A stretch of 64,000 nt of DNA from a virus. Each line of letters opens with the position of its first letter. Positions within the stretch are counted from its first letter, which is position 1. The notes beneath the pieces were generated by a model. That model worked only from the letters and a program-made list of their open reading frames with translations, had not been told where the DNA came from and did no database searches. A program made the translations under genes and the position numbers. The stretch is from positions 1 through 64,000 of the IMG/VR virus record IMGVR_UViG_3300020034_000005. The stretch is one strand, 5' to 3'. Positions 47,637 to 57,760 of the stretch are shown here, piece after piece.

Positions 47637-49321
47637 GCTACCGCAACGACGACGACGCGCTCACCGTCATGGACTGGTTCTGCGGGGCCGGCGGGTCTTC
47701 CCAGGGCATGCACTCGGTGCCCGGGGTGCGGGTGGAGCGGGCCGCGAACCACTGGGCCAAGGCCATCGAGTCGCACGCAGCGAACTTCCCCCTCGTCGAC
47801 CACTACCGCGGCGACATCCGCGAGGCCCCGGTCGAGCGGTGGCCCGTCACCGACATCTTCTGGGCCAGCCCCGAGTGCCCGCAGTGGTCGAACGCCCGCG
47901 GCAAGAAGCGGGACTTCGCGAACACCCTGCAGGGCGACCTGTTCGGCGACGGCGCCCCCTCCGAAGAGGTCGAACGCTCCCGCGCCCTCATGGAGGAAGT
48001 CCCCATGTACCTGCGCGGGGTGCAGCAGCGCGGCGGACTCGTCAAGGCGGGCGTCGTCGAGAACGTCGTCGACGTCCGGGCCTGGGACCAGTGGGACCGG
48101 TGGATCGGCGAGATCAAGAAGCTCGGGTACGAGACCCGCACCATCGCCCTGAACTCCATGCACGCCGACCCGCGCACCGTCCACCAAGCACCCCAGTCCC
48201 GCGACCGCCTGTACGTCGCCTACTGGCACCAGTCCCTGGGCCGCACCCCCGACTGGAACAAGTGGCTCCGCCCGCGCGCCTGGTGCACCGGCTGCCAGGA
48301 ATGGGTGCGCGCCGTCCAGGTCTTCAAGGACCCCACCCGCGACATGGGCCGCTACCGCCAGCAGTACGTCTACCGCTGCCCTGAGGTGAAGTGCCGCAAC
48401 CAGATCGTCGAACCCTCCACCCTGCCCGCCGCCGTCGCCATCGACTGGAACCTCCCCGGCCAGCGCATCGGGGACAGGGCCAAACCGCTCGCCGACAAGA
48501 CCCTCGCCCGCATCCAGGCCGGCCTCGACAAGTTCGCCCGCCCCATGGTCGTCCCCGCTGGAGGGACCTGGCGCAACGACCCGGTGCCGCTCGACCAGCC
48601 CATGCCGACCCGCACCACCCGGGAGAACGACGGCCTCGCCATACCGCCCTTGCTCATCCCTGTTGAAGGACGGGACGGGAAGGAGCCCGCCTCCGCGAAC
48701 AACCCGCTCCGCACGCAGACCGCCCGCAACGAAACCGGCCTGGCCTGGCTGCCATTCATGGTCACCATGCGCGGCGGCGGCGACCAGCTCCGCGGTAAGT
48801 CCATCGGTGAGGCGCTCGGCACGGTCTCCGCGAACGGCAACCACCACGGGCTCGTCGCCCCGAACGTTCCCGCCATGGTCATGCGGAACAACGGCTCCAA
48901 AGGCGACGGCGGCGAACACTGCACCAGCGCCGCCGACTACCTCCGCACCATGACGACAGCCGGCCACCAGTCCCTCATCACCTGGGAGCACCTCCTCGTC
49001 CCCTACTACGGCACCGGAACCGCGCGCCCCGTCGCCGACCCGATCGGCACCCTGTCCACCCGCGACCGGTACGCCCTCGTCAAGGGCGACGTCGACATCA
49101 ACGACGTGCTCTTCCGGATGCTGGAGCCCCACGAGATCGGCCGGGCCATGAGCTTCGCCGACGAGTACGTGGTCCTCGGCAACAAGCGGGAGAAAGTCCG
49201 CCAGTACGGCAACGCCGTCACCCCGCCCGCCGCCGAAGTCATCGTCGCCGCCCTCGTCGAAGCCATCACCGGCGAAGAGATGTCCCGGCACGCGGCGCCC
49301 GAGCTGGCAGCCGCCGCATGA
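47633..49321 (+). CDS. DNA (cytosine-5) methyltransferase
   Basis: WFCGAGG, WASPEC, VENV, QSRDR, QYGNAV. Confidence 0.92.
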   Translation: MSYRNDDDALTVMDWFCGAGGSSQGMHSVPGVRVERAANHWAKAIESHAANFPLVDHYRGDIREAPVERWPVTDIFWASPECPQWSNARGKKRDFANTLQGDLFGDGAPSEEVERSRALMEEVPMYLRGVQQRGGLVKAGVVENVVDVRAWDQWDRWIGEIKKLGYETRTIALNSMHADPRTVHQAPQSRDRLYVAYWHQSLGRTPDWNKWLRPRAWCTGCQEWVRAVQVFKDPTRDMGRYRQQYVYRCPEVKCRNQIVEPSTLPAAVAIDWNLPGQRIGDRAKPLADKTLARIQAGLDKFARPMVVPAGGTWRNDPVPLDQPMPTRTTRENDGLAIPPLLIPVEGRDGKEPASANNPLRTQTARNETGLAWLPFMVTMRGGGDQLRGKSIGEALGTVSANGNHHGLVAPNVPAMVMRNNGSKGDGGEHCTSAADYLRTMTTAGHQSLITWEHLLVPYYGTGTARPVADPIGTLSTRDRYALVKGDVDINDVLFRMLEPHEIGRAMSFADEYVVLGNKREKVRQYGNAVTPPAAEVIVAALVEAITGEEMSRHAAPELAAAA

Positions 49322-49394
49322 CCGCCGCCGGGCCCTGACCGGCCGGCCACCACCGCACCTCCTATCCGCACCGTACTTTCGAGAGAAGCTGCAC

Positions 49395-50312
49395 ATGCCT
49401 TGGGCCAAGTTCGACGACCGGTTCCCGATGAACCGCAAGGTGCGTCCGCTCTCCGACCGCGCCTTCCGCCTGTACGTCTCCGCGATCTGCTGGTCCGCCG
49501 AGAACCTCACGGACGGCTTCGTCGCCGAGACCGAACTGCGCCTCGTCGCCGACATCCGGGGAGCCAAAGGTGCGGCCGCGGAGCTCGTTGACGTCGGCCT
49601 GTGGGTGCCGTCGACGCGCGTTCGTGCCGCGTTCGTGCCGCCGTCGCGTCAAGTTCGTGCCGCCGTCGTGTCGAAGTCGCGTCAAAGTCGCGTCGAAGTT
49701 CGTGCCGCGAACAACGACACGAAAGTACGCGGTTGGGAGATCCACGACTACCACGAGTACAACCCCACCGCCGAGCAGGTTCGCGCCGAGCGTGAGGCCA
49801 AGTCTGCACGTCAGCAGCGGTGGCGGAAGAAGTCCCGGGGCAACGGACCTGAGCCGGAACCGCCTGCCGACGACCAGGATGTAGACGCATCTACAGATGC
49901 GTCTCAAGACGCGTCGCGAGACGGTGCCGGAGACGCTGCCCCGCGCACGCGCGTTCCCGACCCGACCCGTACCCGTACCCCTTCTATGGCTGATGTAGGT
50001 GGGGAGGGTGCAGGTAGTAGTGCGCGCGAGTCCGCGCCGCCCGGCGAAGCCCCCATCGACGACGCAGGCTTCGCCGTCACCGACACGATGCGCCGCTGGG
50101 CGAACCTCACCTTCGGGGCGGCCGTCGACATCGAGCACTCCACGCAGCAGTTCGTCAGCCACTACCGATCCACCGGCGTCGACCGCCGCTCCTGGCCCGA
50201 CGCCTGGCAGAAGTGGATCAGGGATGACGCGAAGAAGACCGCCGACCGACAGCAGCGTTCCCATCTCCGCGCCGTCGCCGGCCAGAGCCCCGAAGAACGA
50301 GGGATCTTCTGA
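49395..50312 (+). CDS. Replication initiator (RepA-like) carrying iteron arrays
   Basis: MPWAKFDD..LTDGFV..WEIHDY N-terminus; W..AWQKWI C-terminus; precedes helicase. Confidence 0.8.
   Translation: MPWAKFDDRFPMNRKVRPLSDRAFRLYVSAICWSAENLTDGFVAETELRLVADIRGAKGAAAELVDVGLWVPSTRVRAAFVPPSRQVRAAVVSKSRQSRVEVRAANNDTKVRGWEIHDYHEYNPTAEQVRAEREAKSARQQRWRKKSRGNGPEPEPPADDQDVDASTDASQDASRDGAGDAAPRTRVPDPTRTRTPSMADVGGEGAGSSARESAPPGEAPIDDAGFAVTDTMRRWANLTFGAAVDIEHSTQQFVSHYRSTGVDRRSWPDAWQKWIRDDAKKTADRQQRSHLRAVAGQSPEERGIF
49620..49708 (+). repeat. 11-bp-period tandem array (GTTCGTGCCGC / [AC]GTCG[CT]GTC[AG]A), about 8 units
   Basis: GTTCGTGCCGC at 49620, 49631, 49653, 49698 with intervening 11-mers. Confidence 0.8.
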
Positions 50313-51640
50313 TGACCACCGACCTCGAACCCACCGACGACCTCGACACCCCGCGCACCCCACCCCAGGACATCTCCGCCGAGATCACCGCGCTGGGCTC
50401 CAGCCTCTTCAGCCGCCCCGCCCTGCGCGCCGTCCTCGACCGCCTCGACCCCGCCGCCTGCTACCAGCCCGCCCACACGCTGATCCTCACCGCCATGGGC
50501 GAGATGGCCGCGGCCGGCAAGGCAGTCGACCCGATCACCCTGTCCAAGCACCTTGGCGACACCGGACGCCTCACCCGGGCCGGCGGGCCCTCGTACATCC
50601 ACCAGCTGGCCAGCTGGACATTTACCGCGACCAGCCCCGCGAACGCCGCCGAGTACGCGGACATCGTCATGGACCGTGCGCAGCGCCGGGCCGTCATCAG
50701 TCTCGCCACCGACCTCAGCGAAACCGCCTACGGCACGACCACTGCAACGCCCGAGCTCGTCGAGCGGGCCGTCACCCAGATCCGCGAACTCCGCGACCAG
50801 GGCGCCGCAGCCGAAGAACTGCCCACCGAGGACATTCTCGACTTCGTCAACCACGAGGACACCTACGACTGGGTCGTCCCCGGCCTCCTCGAACACCAGG
50901 ACCGGCTGATCCTCACCGCGTCCGAAGGCGGCGGGAAGTCCACCCTGCTGCGCCAGATCTCCGTCACCCTCGCCGCGGGCCTCCACCCGTTCCGGACCGG
51001 GGAGACCATCGAGCCCGTCCGCGTCCTGACCCTCGACTGCGAGAACGGGGCGCCCGCCTCCCGCCGCAAGTTCCGGCCCATGCTCGCCGCTGCCGAGTCC
51101 GTCGAACGGCCCGTCAAGCGCGGCCAGTTCCACATCGAGTGCCGCCCCCAGGGCCTCGACCTGACCCGCCCCGCAGACCGGGCGTGGCTGATGCGCCGCA
51201 TCGAGAAGATCAAACCCCAGGTGCTGATCATCGGCCCCGTCTACCGGCTGCACGCCGGGAACCCCAACGACGAAGAGCTCGCCCGCAAGGTGTCCGTCGT
51301 GATCGACGAGGCCCGCGCCACCGCCGGATGCGCCGTCCTCATGGAAGCCCACGCCCCCCACGGCAACGGCATCGGACCCCGCAGCCTGCGCCCCCTCGGC
51401 AGCTCGCTGTGGATGCGCTGGCCCGAGTTCGGGTTCGGCCTGCGACCCGTCGACGACGAGAAGTCCGCACAGAACCACGAAGGCGCCCGTGGCCGGGCCG
51501 TCGTCCCCTGGCGCGGTATGCGCGACGAACGCGACTGGCCCAAGTTCATCAAGCAGGGCATCGCCTGGCCGTGGACCTCCTACCAGCCCATCGACGCCGA
51601 CCCGTACACGGGCTACTCCCCGACAGGAGCGATCTGGTGA
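50312..51640 (+). CDS. Replicative helicase (DnaB-like N-terminus + AAA_25/RecA-like ATPase)
   Basis: PPQDISAE..VDPITL; Walker A ASEGGGKST; GSSLWMRWPE. Confidence 0.85.
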   Translation: MTTDLEPTDDLDTPRTPPQDISAEITALGSSLFSRPALRAVLDRLDPAACYQPAHTLILTAMGEMAAAGKAVDPITLSKHLGDTGRLTRAGGPSYIHQLASWTFTATSPANAAEYADIVMDRAQRRAVISLATDLSETAYGTTTATPELVERAVTQIRELRDQGAAAEELPTEDILDFVNHEDTYDWVVPGLLEHQDRLILTASEGGGKSTLLRQISVTLAAGLHPFRTGETIEPVRVLTLDCENGAPASRRKFRPMLAAAESVERPVKRGQFHIECRPQGLDLTRPADRAWLMRRIEKIKPQVLIIGPVYRLHAGNPNDEELARKVSVVIDEARATAGCAVLMEAHAPHGNGIGPRSLRPLGSSLWMRWPEFGFGLRPVDDEKSAQNHEGARGRAVVPWRGMRDERDWPKFIKQGIAWPWTSYQPIDADPYTGYSPTGAIW

Positions 51641-52359
51641 GCCAACGCAACGCCTTCGAAGCCTTCCTCGACCGCATCGAATCAAGGCATGCCCGACAGG
51701 AGAACCCGGCCGGCAGCCCCGGCGCCCTCGCCGGCGGCATGACCATCGAGGCCCTGCCCACCGTCTACCGCGGCACGACGTTCCGCTCAGCCCTGGAGGC
51801 GTCGTGGGCGTGCACCCTCGATGAGCTCAACGTCGCCTGGGAGTACGAACCGCAGACGATCGACCTCCCCTCGGGAGCCCGGTACATACCCGACTTCTGG
51901 CTCCCGCTGACAGGCACTTGGATCGAGGTCAAAGGGCCAGGCGTCCCGAGGATCGAGAAGGCCTACGAGCTTGGATCAACCAGGGCGTGCGATTGCCACG
52001 GCCTCACCTGCGACTGCCCGTTCCCCGGCGGTGAACTGGTCCTCATAGGCCACCCGCCCAAGTCGCTGGACACCACGGCCGGCGGCCCGTTCAACCACTG
52101 GCCGCTGCACTCCCTGGCCAGACTTCGCCGCCGCCACGGTGGCCACCCCACCTGGACATCCACGCGCCGCAGCAACGCCTGGCTGACCCGATGCCCCGAC
52201 TGCGCCCAGGTCACCTGGTTCGACTCGCCGTGCTGCCGGGCCTGCCGCGGCCCGCTCGCGGGCGCACACGGGGCCAGCTCCGGCGACCCCGACTTCACGT
52301 TCCACCGCGTCACCGGACCTCGCGCCGACACCGACGACCCAGAGGAGATGTCCGCATGA
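51637..52359 (+). CDS. PD-(D/E)XK nuclease-like protein
   Basis: FRSALEASWA..WEYEP..YIPDFWL..IEVKG. Confidence 0.8.
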   Translation: MSQRNAFEAFLDRIESRHARQENPAGSPGALAGGMTIEALPTVYRGTTFRSALEASWACTLDELNVAWEYEPQTIDLPSGARYIPDFWLPLTGTWIEVKGPGVPRIEKAYELGSTRACDCHGLTCDCPFPGGELVLIGHPPKSLDTTAGGPFNHWPLHSLARLRRRHGGHPTWTSTRRSNAWLTRCPDCAQVTWFDSPCCRACRGPLAGAHGASSGDPDFTFHRVTGPRADTDDPEEMSA

Positions 52360-53615
52360 CCACCATCTGCGCCCGCTGCAAGGGCACGAAGATCGACCCG
52401 GTGTTCGCCGCCATGGAGGACCACGGCAACGGTGATGTCCGGGAGGTCCCGGAGCCGTGCGCGGACTGCCAGGTCCCCGCCCCGGCGCCTGAGTTCGGCA
52501 CTGACGGCTGTACGTGTGTCCCGTGGACCCGGCAGGGCGGCGAGCCCCGGCTGTGCGGGCCGAACGACACCGTCGACATGATCGGCGGCTGGCATTTCGG
52601 GAGCGACTGCCCGCACCACGCGCCGCGCAAGCCGTCGGACTCCGATCACCGCCTGGCCCTGTCGGAGGCGTTGGGTCTCGGGACGGGTGCGCCGTGGGAT
52701 GCGATCGAGGAGCGGGCGGCGGAGTTGACGGCGGCCGCCCTCACCGCACCCGCCGACCGGGCGCACCGCAGAGCGTGCCCGTCCCGTGAGCCGCTGCTCG
52801 ACGTCCAGTGCGCGAAGGAGGCCGGGCACGAGACGCACTCGGACCGGCCGGGGCGGATCTGGTATCCCGCACCCGCCGAACGGGCGGCCGTCAAGATGGG
52901 GGCCACCATCACGCGGCTGCGGGCTGAACGCGCCGAGCTCAACCGCCAGCTGGCCTGCATTCGTGGGGACATGCGGGACATGGAGGCCCACCTGCGCGAG
53001 CAGGACGCCGAGTTCGAGCGCCTCCGCGGGGGCCGGGCGGCTGTGCTGGCGGATGCCGAGGAACTGGCCGAACTCGACCGCGAGGGCGCGGAACTGGTCT
53101 GCGTGGACACGTGCGGCAGCTGCGACGCCTGCGGGATGGAGCCCTTCGGCACCCCCGCAGAGGGCTGGCGCGAGGCGGCCCGCTTCCTGCGCCGCACGGA
53201 CCGCGACTCGCCGGACTTCCTCGGCGCGATCCGGGGGGCCCGCCTCATCGAGACCGAGCTCCGCCGCCGGGCCGACGAGGCACAGCAGACCAAGCCCGAC
53301 GCGGATGATCTGACCGCCGAGGAGAACCGCGATCTCGCCGACGACCTTGGCCTCCAGCTGTACCGCGCGCAGGACGCCCTGGCGTTCGTCGCCGAATGCT
53401 GCGACATCGCCGACCGGGAACAGCGGCCTGTCACCACGGGCGTCGTGCGGGAGTGGTTGAAGGGCGCGCGCTGCGGACGGGAGTTGCGGGCCGACGAGGC
53501 GCAGCAGGGCGAGGCGGAGCGACCTGTCCAGCACGCTCCCGGGATCGCGATCCGGTGCCCTGCCTGCCGCTCCAAGGGCTACTCGGTCTGCCTGGCCGAG
53601 GGGGCGCAGCGATGA
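52356..53615 (+). CDS. Mosaic Cys-rich hypothetical protein
   Basis: Several CxxC modules plus coiled coil. Confidence 0.55.
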   Translation: MTTICARCKGTKIDPVFAAMEDHGNGDVREVPEPCADCQVPAPAPEFGTDGCTCVPWTRQGGEPRLCGPNDTVDMIGGWHFGSDCPHHAPRKPSDSDHRLALSEALGLGTGAPWDAIEERAAELTAAALTAPADRAHRRACPSREPLLDVQCAKEAGHETHSDRPGRIWYPAPAERAAVKMGATITRLRAERAELNRQLACIRGDMRDMEAHLREQDAEFERLRGGRAAVLADAEELAELDREGAELVCVDTCGSCDACGMEPFGTPAEGWREAARFLRRTDRDSPDFLGAIRGARLIETELRRRADEAQQTKPDADDLTAEENRDLADDLGLQLYRAQDALAFVAECCDIADREQRPVTTGVVREWLKGARCGRELRADEAQQGEAERPVQHAPGIAIRCPACRSKGYSVCLAEGAQR

Positions 53616-54505
53616 GCGAGCAGCCGCCCTACTACCAGGACGAGCAAGTGACGCTCCTCCTCGGCGACGCGCTGGAGCAGCTGCGTACCCTCCCCGACGG
53701 GTCCGTGGACTGCATCGTCACCAGCCCGCCCTACTACGGGCTCCGCTCATACGGCATCGACGGGCAGTACGGGCTGGAGGCAACGCTTCCGGAGTATGTC
53801 GCCACCATGCGTGCCGTATTCACCGAAGCGCGCCGGGTGTTGACCGATGACGGAACGCTGTGGTTGAACCTCGGCGACTCCTACAGCGCTGGCGGGCAAG
53901 GCGGCAACCGCGGCGGCAGGCTCATAGGCGGCGCACACCTGGATCGCGTCCCCGGTCGAACCCGGGTCCCAGGCTTCGCCCCGAAAAACCTGCTCATGAT
54001 TCCGGCGCGGGTAGCCATGGCGCTCCAGGACGACGGATGGGTCCTCCGTAACGAGATCGCCTGGCACAAGATCAACGCCAAGCCTGAGCCGGTCCGTGAC
54101 CGCATGTCCAGCAGGCACGAGAAGCTCTATCTGCTGACCAAGAGCCAGCGGTATGCGTTCAACCTTGACGCGGTCCGGGAGCCCTACACCTGCCCCAACG
54201 ACTCGCGGCTGAATCCGGAGCAGGTGGCTCGGGGCCGTAATCCCGGCGACGTGTGGGCCATCCCTACGGGTTCTTATCCGGGAGCCCATGAGGCTGTGTT
54301 CCCCATCGACCTGCCGCTGCGCTGCATTCGGGCTGGTTGCCGTCCTGGCGGAACCGTGCTGGATCTGTTCTCCGGGTCTGGGACGACGGGCGCTGCAGCC
54401 GTACAGCTCGGATGCCAGTACGTCGGTATCGACCTCAACGCGGCGTACCACGACCTCGCCAGAGAGCGGTTCACGCAGGGCGTTCTCGCGTTCGACACCC
54501 CGTGA
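53612..54505 (+). CDS. DNA amino-methyltransferase (SPPY, likely N4-C)
   Basis: VTSPPYYG; VLDLFSGSGTT. Confidence 0.92.
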   Translation: MSEQPPYYQDEQVTLLLGDALEQLRTLPDGSVDCIVTSPPYYGLRSYGIDGQYGLEATLPEYVATMRAVFTEARRVLTDDGTLWLNLGDSYSAGGQGGNRGGRLIGGAHLDRVPGRTRVPGFAPKNLLMIPARVAMALQDDGWVLRNEIAWHKINAKPEPVRDRMSSRHEKLYLLTKSQRYAFNLDAVREPYTCPNDSRLNPEQVARGRNPGDVWAIPTGSYPGAHEAVFPIDLPLRCIRAGCRPGGTVLDLFSGSGTTGAAAVQLGCQYVGIDLNAAYHDLARERFTQGVLAFDTP

Positions 54506-54582
54506 CCCCACCCCACACTGCCCCGGCTGCCGACCGGGGCGGCGCCCACCCAGCATCCCAACCCGACCCGAAGGAGAACCCC

Positions 54583-54804
54583 ATGCCCGAGAACATCACC
54601 GCCCTCGCGTACTTCATCCAGTCCCGCCCCGCCCCGGGTCAGCCGTGGCAGCAGGCGTCAGGGGTCCACTTCACCTGGAGGTCCAAGCCCCAGGCCCTGG
54701 CGAAGCTCGCCGCCCGCCGCGAGCAGCAGCCGAGTTGGGAGCACCGGCTGATGGAGCGGATCACCACCGTCACTGAGCGGCCCGCCGCGGAAGAGGGCCA
54801 GTGA
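54583..54804 (+). CDS. Hypothetical protein
   Basis: AAGGAG RBS. Confidence 0.55.
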   Translation: MPENITALAYFIQSRPAPGQPWQQASGVHFTWRSKPQALAKLAARREQQPSWEHRLMERITTVTERPAAEEGQ

Positions 54805-54985
54805 CCGACCGAACCCCGGCCCGCCGTCCGCAGGCCCGCAGCCTCCTGACCTCCCAGTCGGAGGCCATCCTCACGACCCTGTACCCGGGGCAGGTGCGGG
54901 CTGTCGTCATCGAGCGGGCGCTGCAGTGTCTGGCCGCCGCCGACCGGAAGCGGGCACGGCGGGCGGCACGTGAAGGGGCGGGGTC

Positions 54986-55258
54986 GTGAGCGGGCCGACG
55001 ATCGCCGAGCTCCTGCATCTCGTCGACCGGGCGGAGCGGGGCACGTTGCTCGCCGGGGAGGCGGTTCAGCTCCGGGCGGGGATACGGGCGCTGGGGGCGG
55101 CTCGGGTCGCATCCGAGGATCCGGTCGGACCGCAGGAGGCCCGGGAGTGTGGCTGTGCGCCCGCCTCCCGGCCTCAGGACCAGAAAACGCAAAGCTCTAG
55201 CGGTCAACGAACTACAGGCCCCTCAGGGGCCCCTGAGGGGATTCGGCAGTGGAAGTAG
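54986..55258 (+). CDS. Hypothetical protein
   Basis: LVDRAERG..E..LRAGI; GTGA coupled to small ORF 54801-54989. Confidence 0.45.
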   Translation: MSGPTIAELLHLVDRAERGTLLAGEAVQLRAGIRALGAARVASEDPVGPQEARECGCAPASRPQDQKTQSSSGQRTTGPSGAPEGIRQWK

Positions 55259-55668
55259 ATCGGCACCTGAAGCACTGGACCGACACTCAGCGATGGATCA
55301 TCGCCGCGGAAACGGGTTTCGCCTGCGCCTACTGCCAGATCATCTTCGGGTCGGTCGTCAGCAGGCCCGGCCATGAACCGCGCGTCCTTCGGATGCAGGT
55401 CGACCACTTCATCCCCGTCTCCTGGACCGGCCGGGAGGGCGACAGAGCGAACTGCGTCGCGGCCTGCCAGATATGCAACGCCCTCAAGCAAGACGCGATC
55501 TTCGACTCTGTGGTCAACGCGCGCCGGCAACTTGACCGGCTGTGGGTCAAAGGCGGGTACCGGGTCGAGTTCATACCCGCGCGGTCCAACTTCGAGGACC
55601 CCGACGGATGGGCTCGTGACTACGCGCGATACCTGCGGACCGTCGGCGTCCGGATGGATGCCGAGTAG
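55249..55668 (+). CDS. HNH endonuclease
   Basis: CAYC..VDHFIP..NCVAACQICNALK. Confidence 0.85.
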   Translation: MEVDRHLKHWTDTQRWIIAAETGFACAYCQIIFGSVVSRPGHEPRVLRMQVDHFIPVSWTGREGDRANCVAACQICNALKQDAIFDSVVNARRQLDRLWVKGGYRVEFIPARSNFEDPDGWARDYARYLRTVGVRMDAE

Positions 55669-55705
55669 CGCCAGCCACCACCAACTCGACCTGAATGGAA
55701 CCGAT

Positions 55706-56185
55706 ATGACCGACCCCACGATCACCGACCTCCGCCGCGAACTGGAGAAAGCGCAGATCGCCCTGATCGCCGCGCTGAAACATCTCGGCGCGCACGCCGA
55801 AATGAACGCCGCCCTCCACTGCGCGGACCGCGTCATGTATTCACCACTCCACGCCAAGATCGAAAGCACCATCGACGGCATCGACCACGCCCTCGCCCGC
55901 ACCGAACAGACCGAACCCTCCACGCTGTTCGCGCGGTCTCTCGCGGACACCGCCGGACTCGTCAAGATCCTCACGGACCTCGACCGGTGCCAGCACGGCC
56001 GCCACCAAGGCGACGACTGCGGGCCCGCCGACGCCTGCACCGGCACCTCCGCAGGCAACCCGCACATGCAGCCGGGCGACGTCATCGGCTACGGCCTGCG
56101 TCGCGACACCATCGTCATGCCCGACCGCGACCACAAACACGACCCGAAGGCGTGGCGCGGCACGGACATCGAGGAGCCGAAGTGA
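55706..56185 (+). CDS. Hypothetical protein
   Basis: DLDRCQHGRH..C..C motif. Confidence 0.5.
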   Translation: MTDPTITDLRRELEKAQIALIAALKHLGAHAEMNAALHCADRVMYSPLHAKIESTIDGIDHALARTEQTEPSTLFARSLADTAGLVKILTDLDRCQHGRHQGDDCGPADACTGTSAGNPHMQPGDVIGYGLRRDTIVMPDRDHKHDPKAWRGTDIEEPK

Positions 56186-56508
56186 TCACACCGCCGCTCG
56201 GCCGGGAGATGGACACCAGCCGCCAGCCCTGCGGGTACTCGCCCGGCGACACCGACGCCGACACCTGCATGCGGCCCGCCACCTGGCACATCGCCTGGGA
56301 CGTCGCGATGGAGAACGGGCTCGCCTGCGACGAACACATGGCATCCGCCAAGAAGTTCGCCTACGTCGACCGGCACCCCGTCGGCGCCGACTGCTCCATG
56401 CCCGGCAGTGCCTGGTTCTTCGAGGAACAGCGCTGCGGATACCCCGATGAGGCTCCGGTTCTGCAACTGGCCGAAGCCCTCACAGTGCCCACCAAGGAGC
56501 CGAAGTGA
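56182..56508 (+). CDS. Cys-rich hypothetical protein
   Basis: GTGA coupling, GAGGAG RBS. Confidence 0.55.
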   Translation: MITPPLGREMDTSRQPCGYSPGDTDADTCMRPATWHIAWDVAMENGLACDEHMASAKKFAYVDRHPVGADCSMPGSAWFFEEQRCGYPDEAPVLQLAEALTVPTKEPK

Positions 56509-56891
56509 CCGACCCCCGCCAGCCTGCGTCCTTCACCTGTCCGACCTGCACCGAGACGTATCAGCCGCACTGGCGTGACCCAGGCTCCGACCTGTGCCGC
56601 TCGTGCGGCCAAAGCCGCGACGGGTTCTGCAAGTGGGCCGACGAACACCCCCAGCACCTCGACCAGCATCCGTGCAGCGGCAGCAGTGAGGAACCCGGTA
56701 GTCCGTGCCGGTACTGCGCGGCCCCGGTACCGCTCAACGGTGATCCATGCCCGCACTGTTGGCAGACCTTCGACGGCATGAGCATCGCCGACGTCAAGGC
56801 CGTGTTCGCGGCCGACGCGGAGGCCATGGAGGGAGAGCCCGTCTTCAACATCACGCCCATCCTCGACGCGCCCACCGAGGAGACCCGATGA
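56505..56891 (+). CDS. Zn-ribbon hypothetical protein
   Basis: Four CxxC motifs. Confidence 0.55.
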   Translation: MTDPRQPASFTCPTCTETYQPHWRDPGSDLCRSCGQSRDGFCKWADEHPQHLDQHPCSGSSEEPGSPCRYCAAPVPLNGDPCPHCWQTFDGMSIADVKAVFAADAEAMEGEPVFNITPILDAPTEETR

Positions 56892-57760
56892 CCGACCAGC
56901 CGACCTCCGACCCGATCACCGCCCTCCTCGCCCACCTGGAGGCGGAGCAGGCGAAAGCCCAACGCACCGCCGACGAGGCGGGTCGGCGCCCTGCGGATGA
57001 CCTCACCGCCGTCGAGGCCCTGTACGCGGCCGGCGGGATGGCGTGCGGGTTCCGGCAGGCCGCGGTCCTCGCCGTCCACCACCTGCGCGGGCCGGAAGCC
57101 CGGGACGCGTACATCGCCGCGACCGAGGGGCAGCAGGCGGTGGGGACCGACGCCACCCCCGTCGGCCGATGCGTGTCCAGCCACTGCGTCGAAGGCGATC
57201 ACATCTTCATGAGCCCCGAAGAGACGCCCGCGACCAGCACGGACACGCCGGACACCTGCTGCTCCTGCGGCGGCACCCCGGTCGTCTACCGGAACTACCG
57301 CGACCTGTCGTTCTGCGCCCACTGCGCGAACTGTGCGTGCGGGGAACGGCCGTGCGTGCGGGCGACCGACATAGCTGGCGACGACAGCGAGCTGGCCCAG
57401 CTGCGTGCCGAGCTGGCCCGGATGCAGGAGGCGGGCGACCACCACCTCGGCGGCGCCGAACGGGAACGCGCCGACGTCCAGCGGGACCGCGACCAGCACG
57501 CCGCCGTACTCACCGACGTACTGGGCCGGTTCTCACGCGACGCCAACGAGGAGGGCGCCGCCGGGTACCAGTGCCTCCTGACCGTTCCGGGCCCGATCTT
57601 CGAGCGCTGGCGCAGCATGGTCGCGCCGACCGTCGAGCGCCCGTGGTGGGAACAGGTCAGGCAGTACGAGCAGGCGGCCGTCGACGCCACACGCCACGTG
57701 CTGGAGCTGAAGGCCATCATCAACGCCGTCCGCGCCGCCCTCGACGGAGACCCGAAGTGA
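56888..57760 (+). CDS. Mosaic hypothetical protein
   Basis: ATGA coupling; Cys cluster plus coiled coil. Confidence 0.55.
   Translation: MTDQPTSDPITALLAHLEAEQAKAQRTADEAGRRPADDLTAVEALYAAGGMACGFRQAAVLAVHHLRGPEARDAYIAATEGQQAVGTDATPVGRCVSSHCVEGDHIFMSPEETPATSTDTPDTCCSCGGTPVVYRNYRDLSFCAHCANCACGERPCVRATDIAGDDSELAQLRAELARMQEAGDHHLGGAERERADVQRDRDQHAAVLTDVLGRFSRDANEEGAAGYQCLLTVPGPIFERWRSMVAPTVERPWWEQVRQYEQAAVDATRHVLELKAIINAVRAALDGDPK

Noticed and set aside
51637-54505. PD-(D/E)XK nuclease plus methyltransferase as a restriction-modification pair
   Set aside because: Not adjacent; the nuclease resembles common phage replication-region nucleases, with no evidence of cognate specificity
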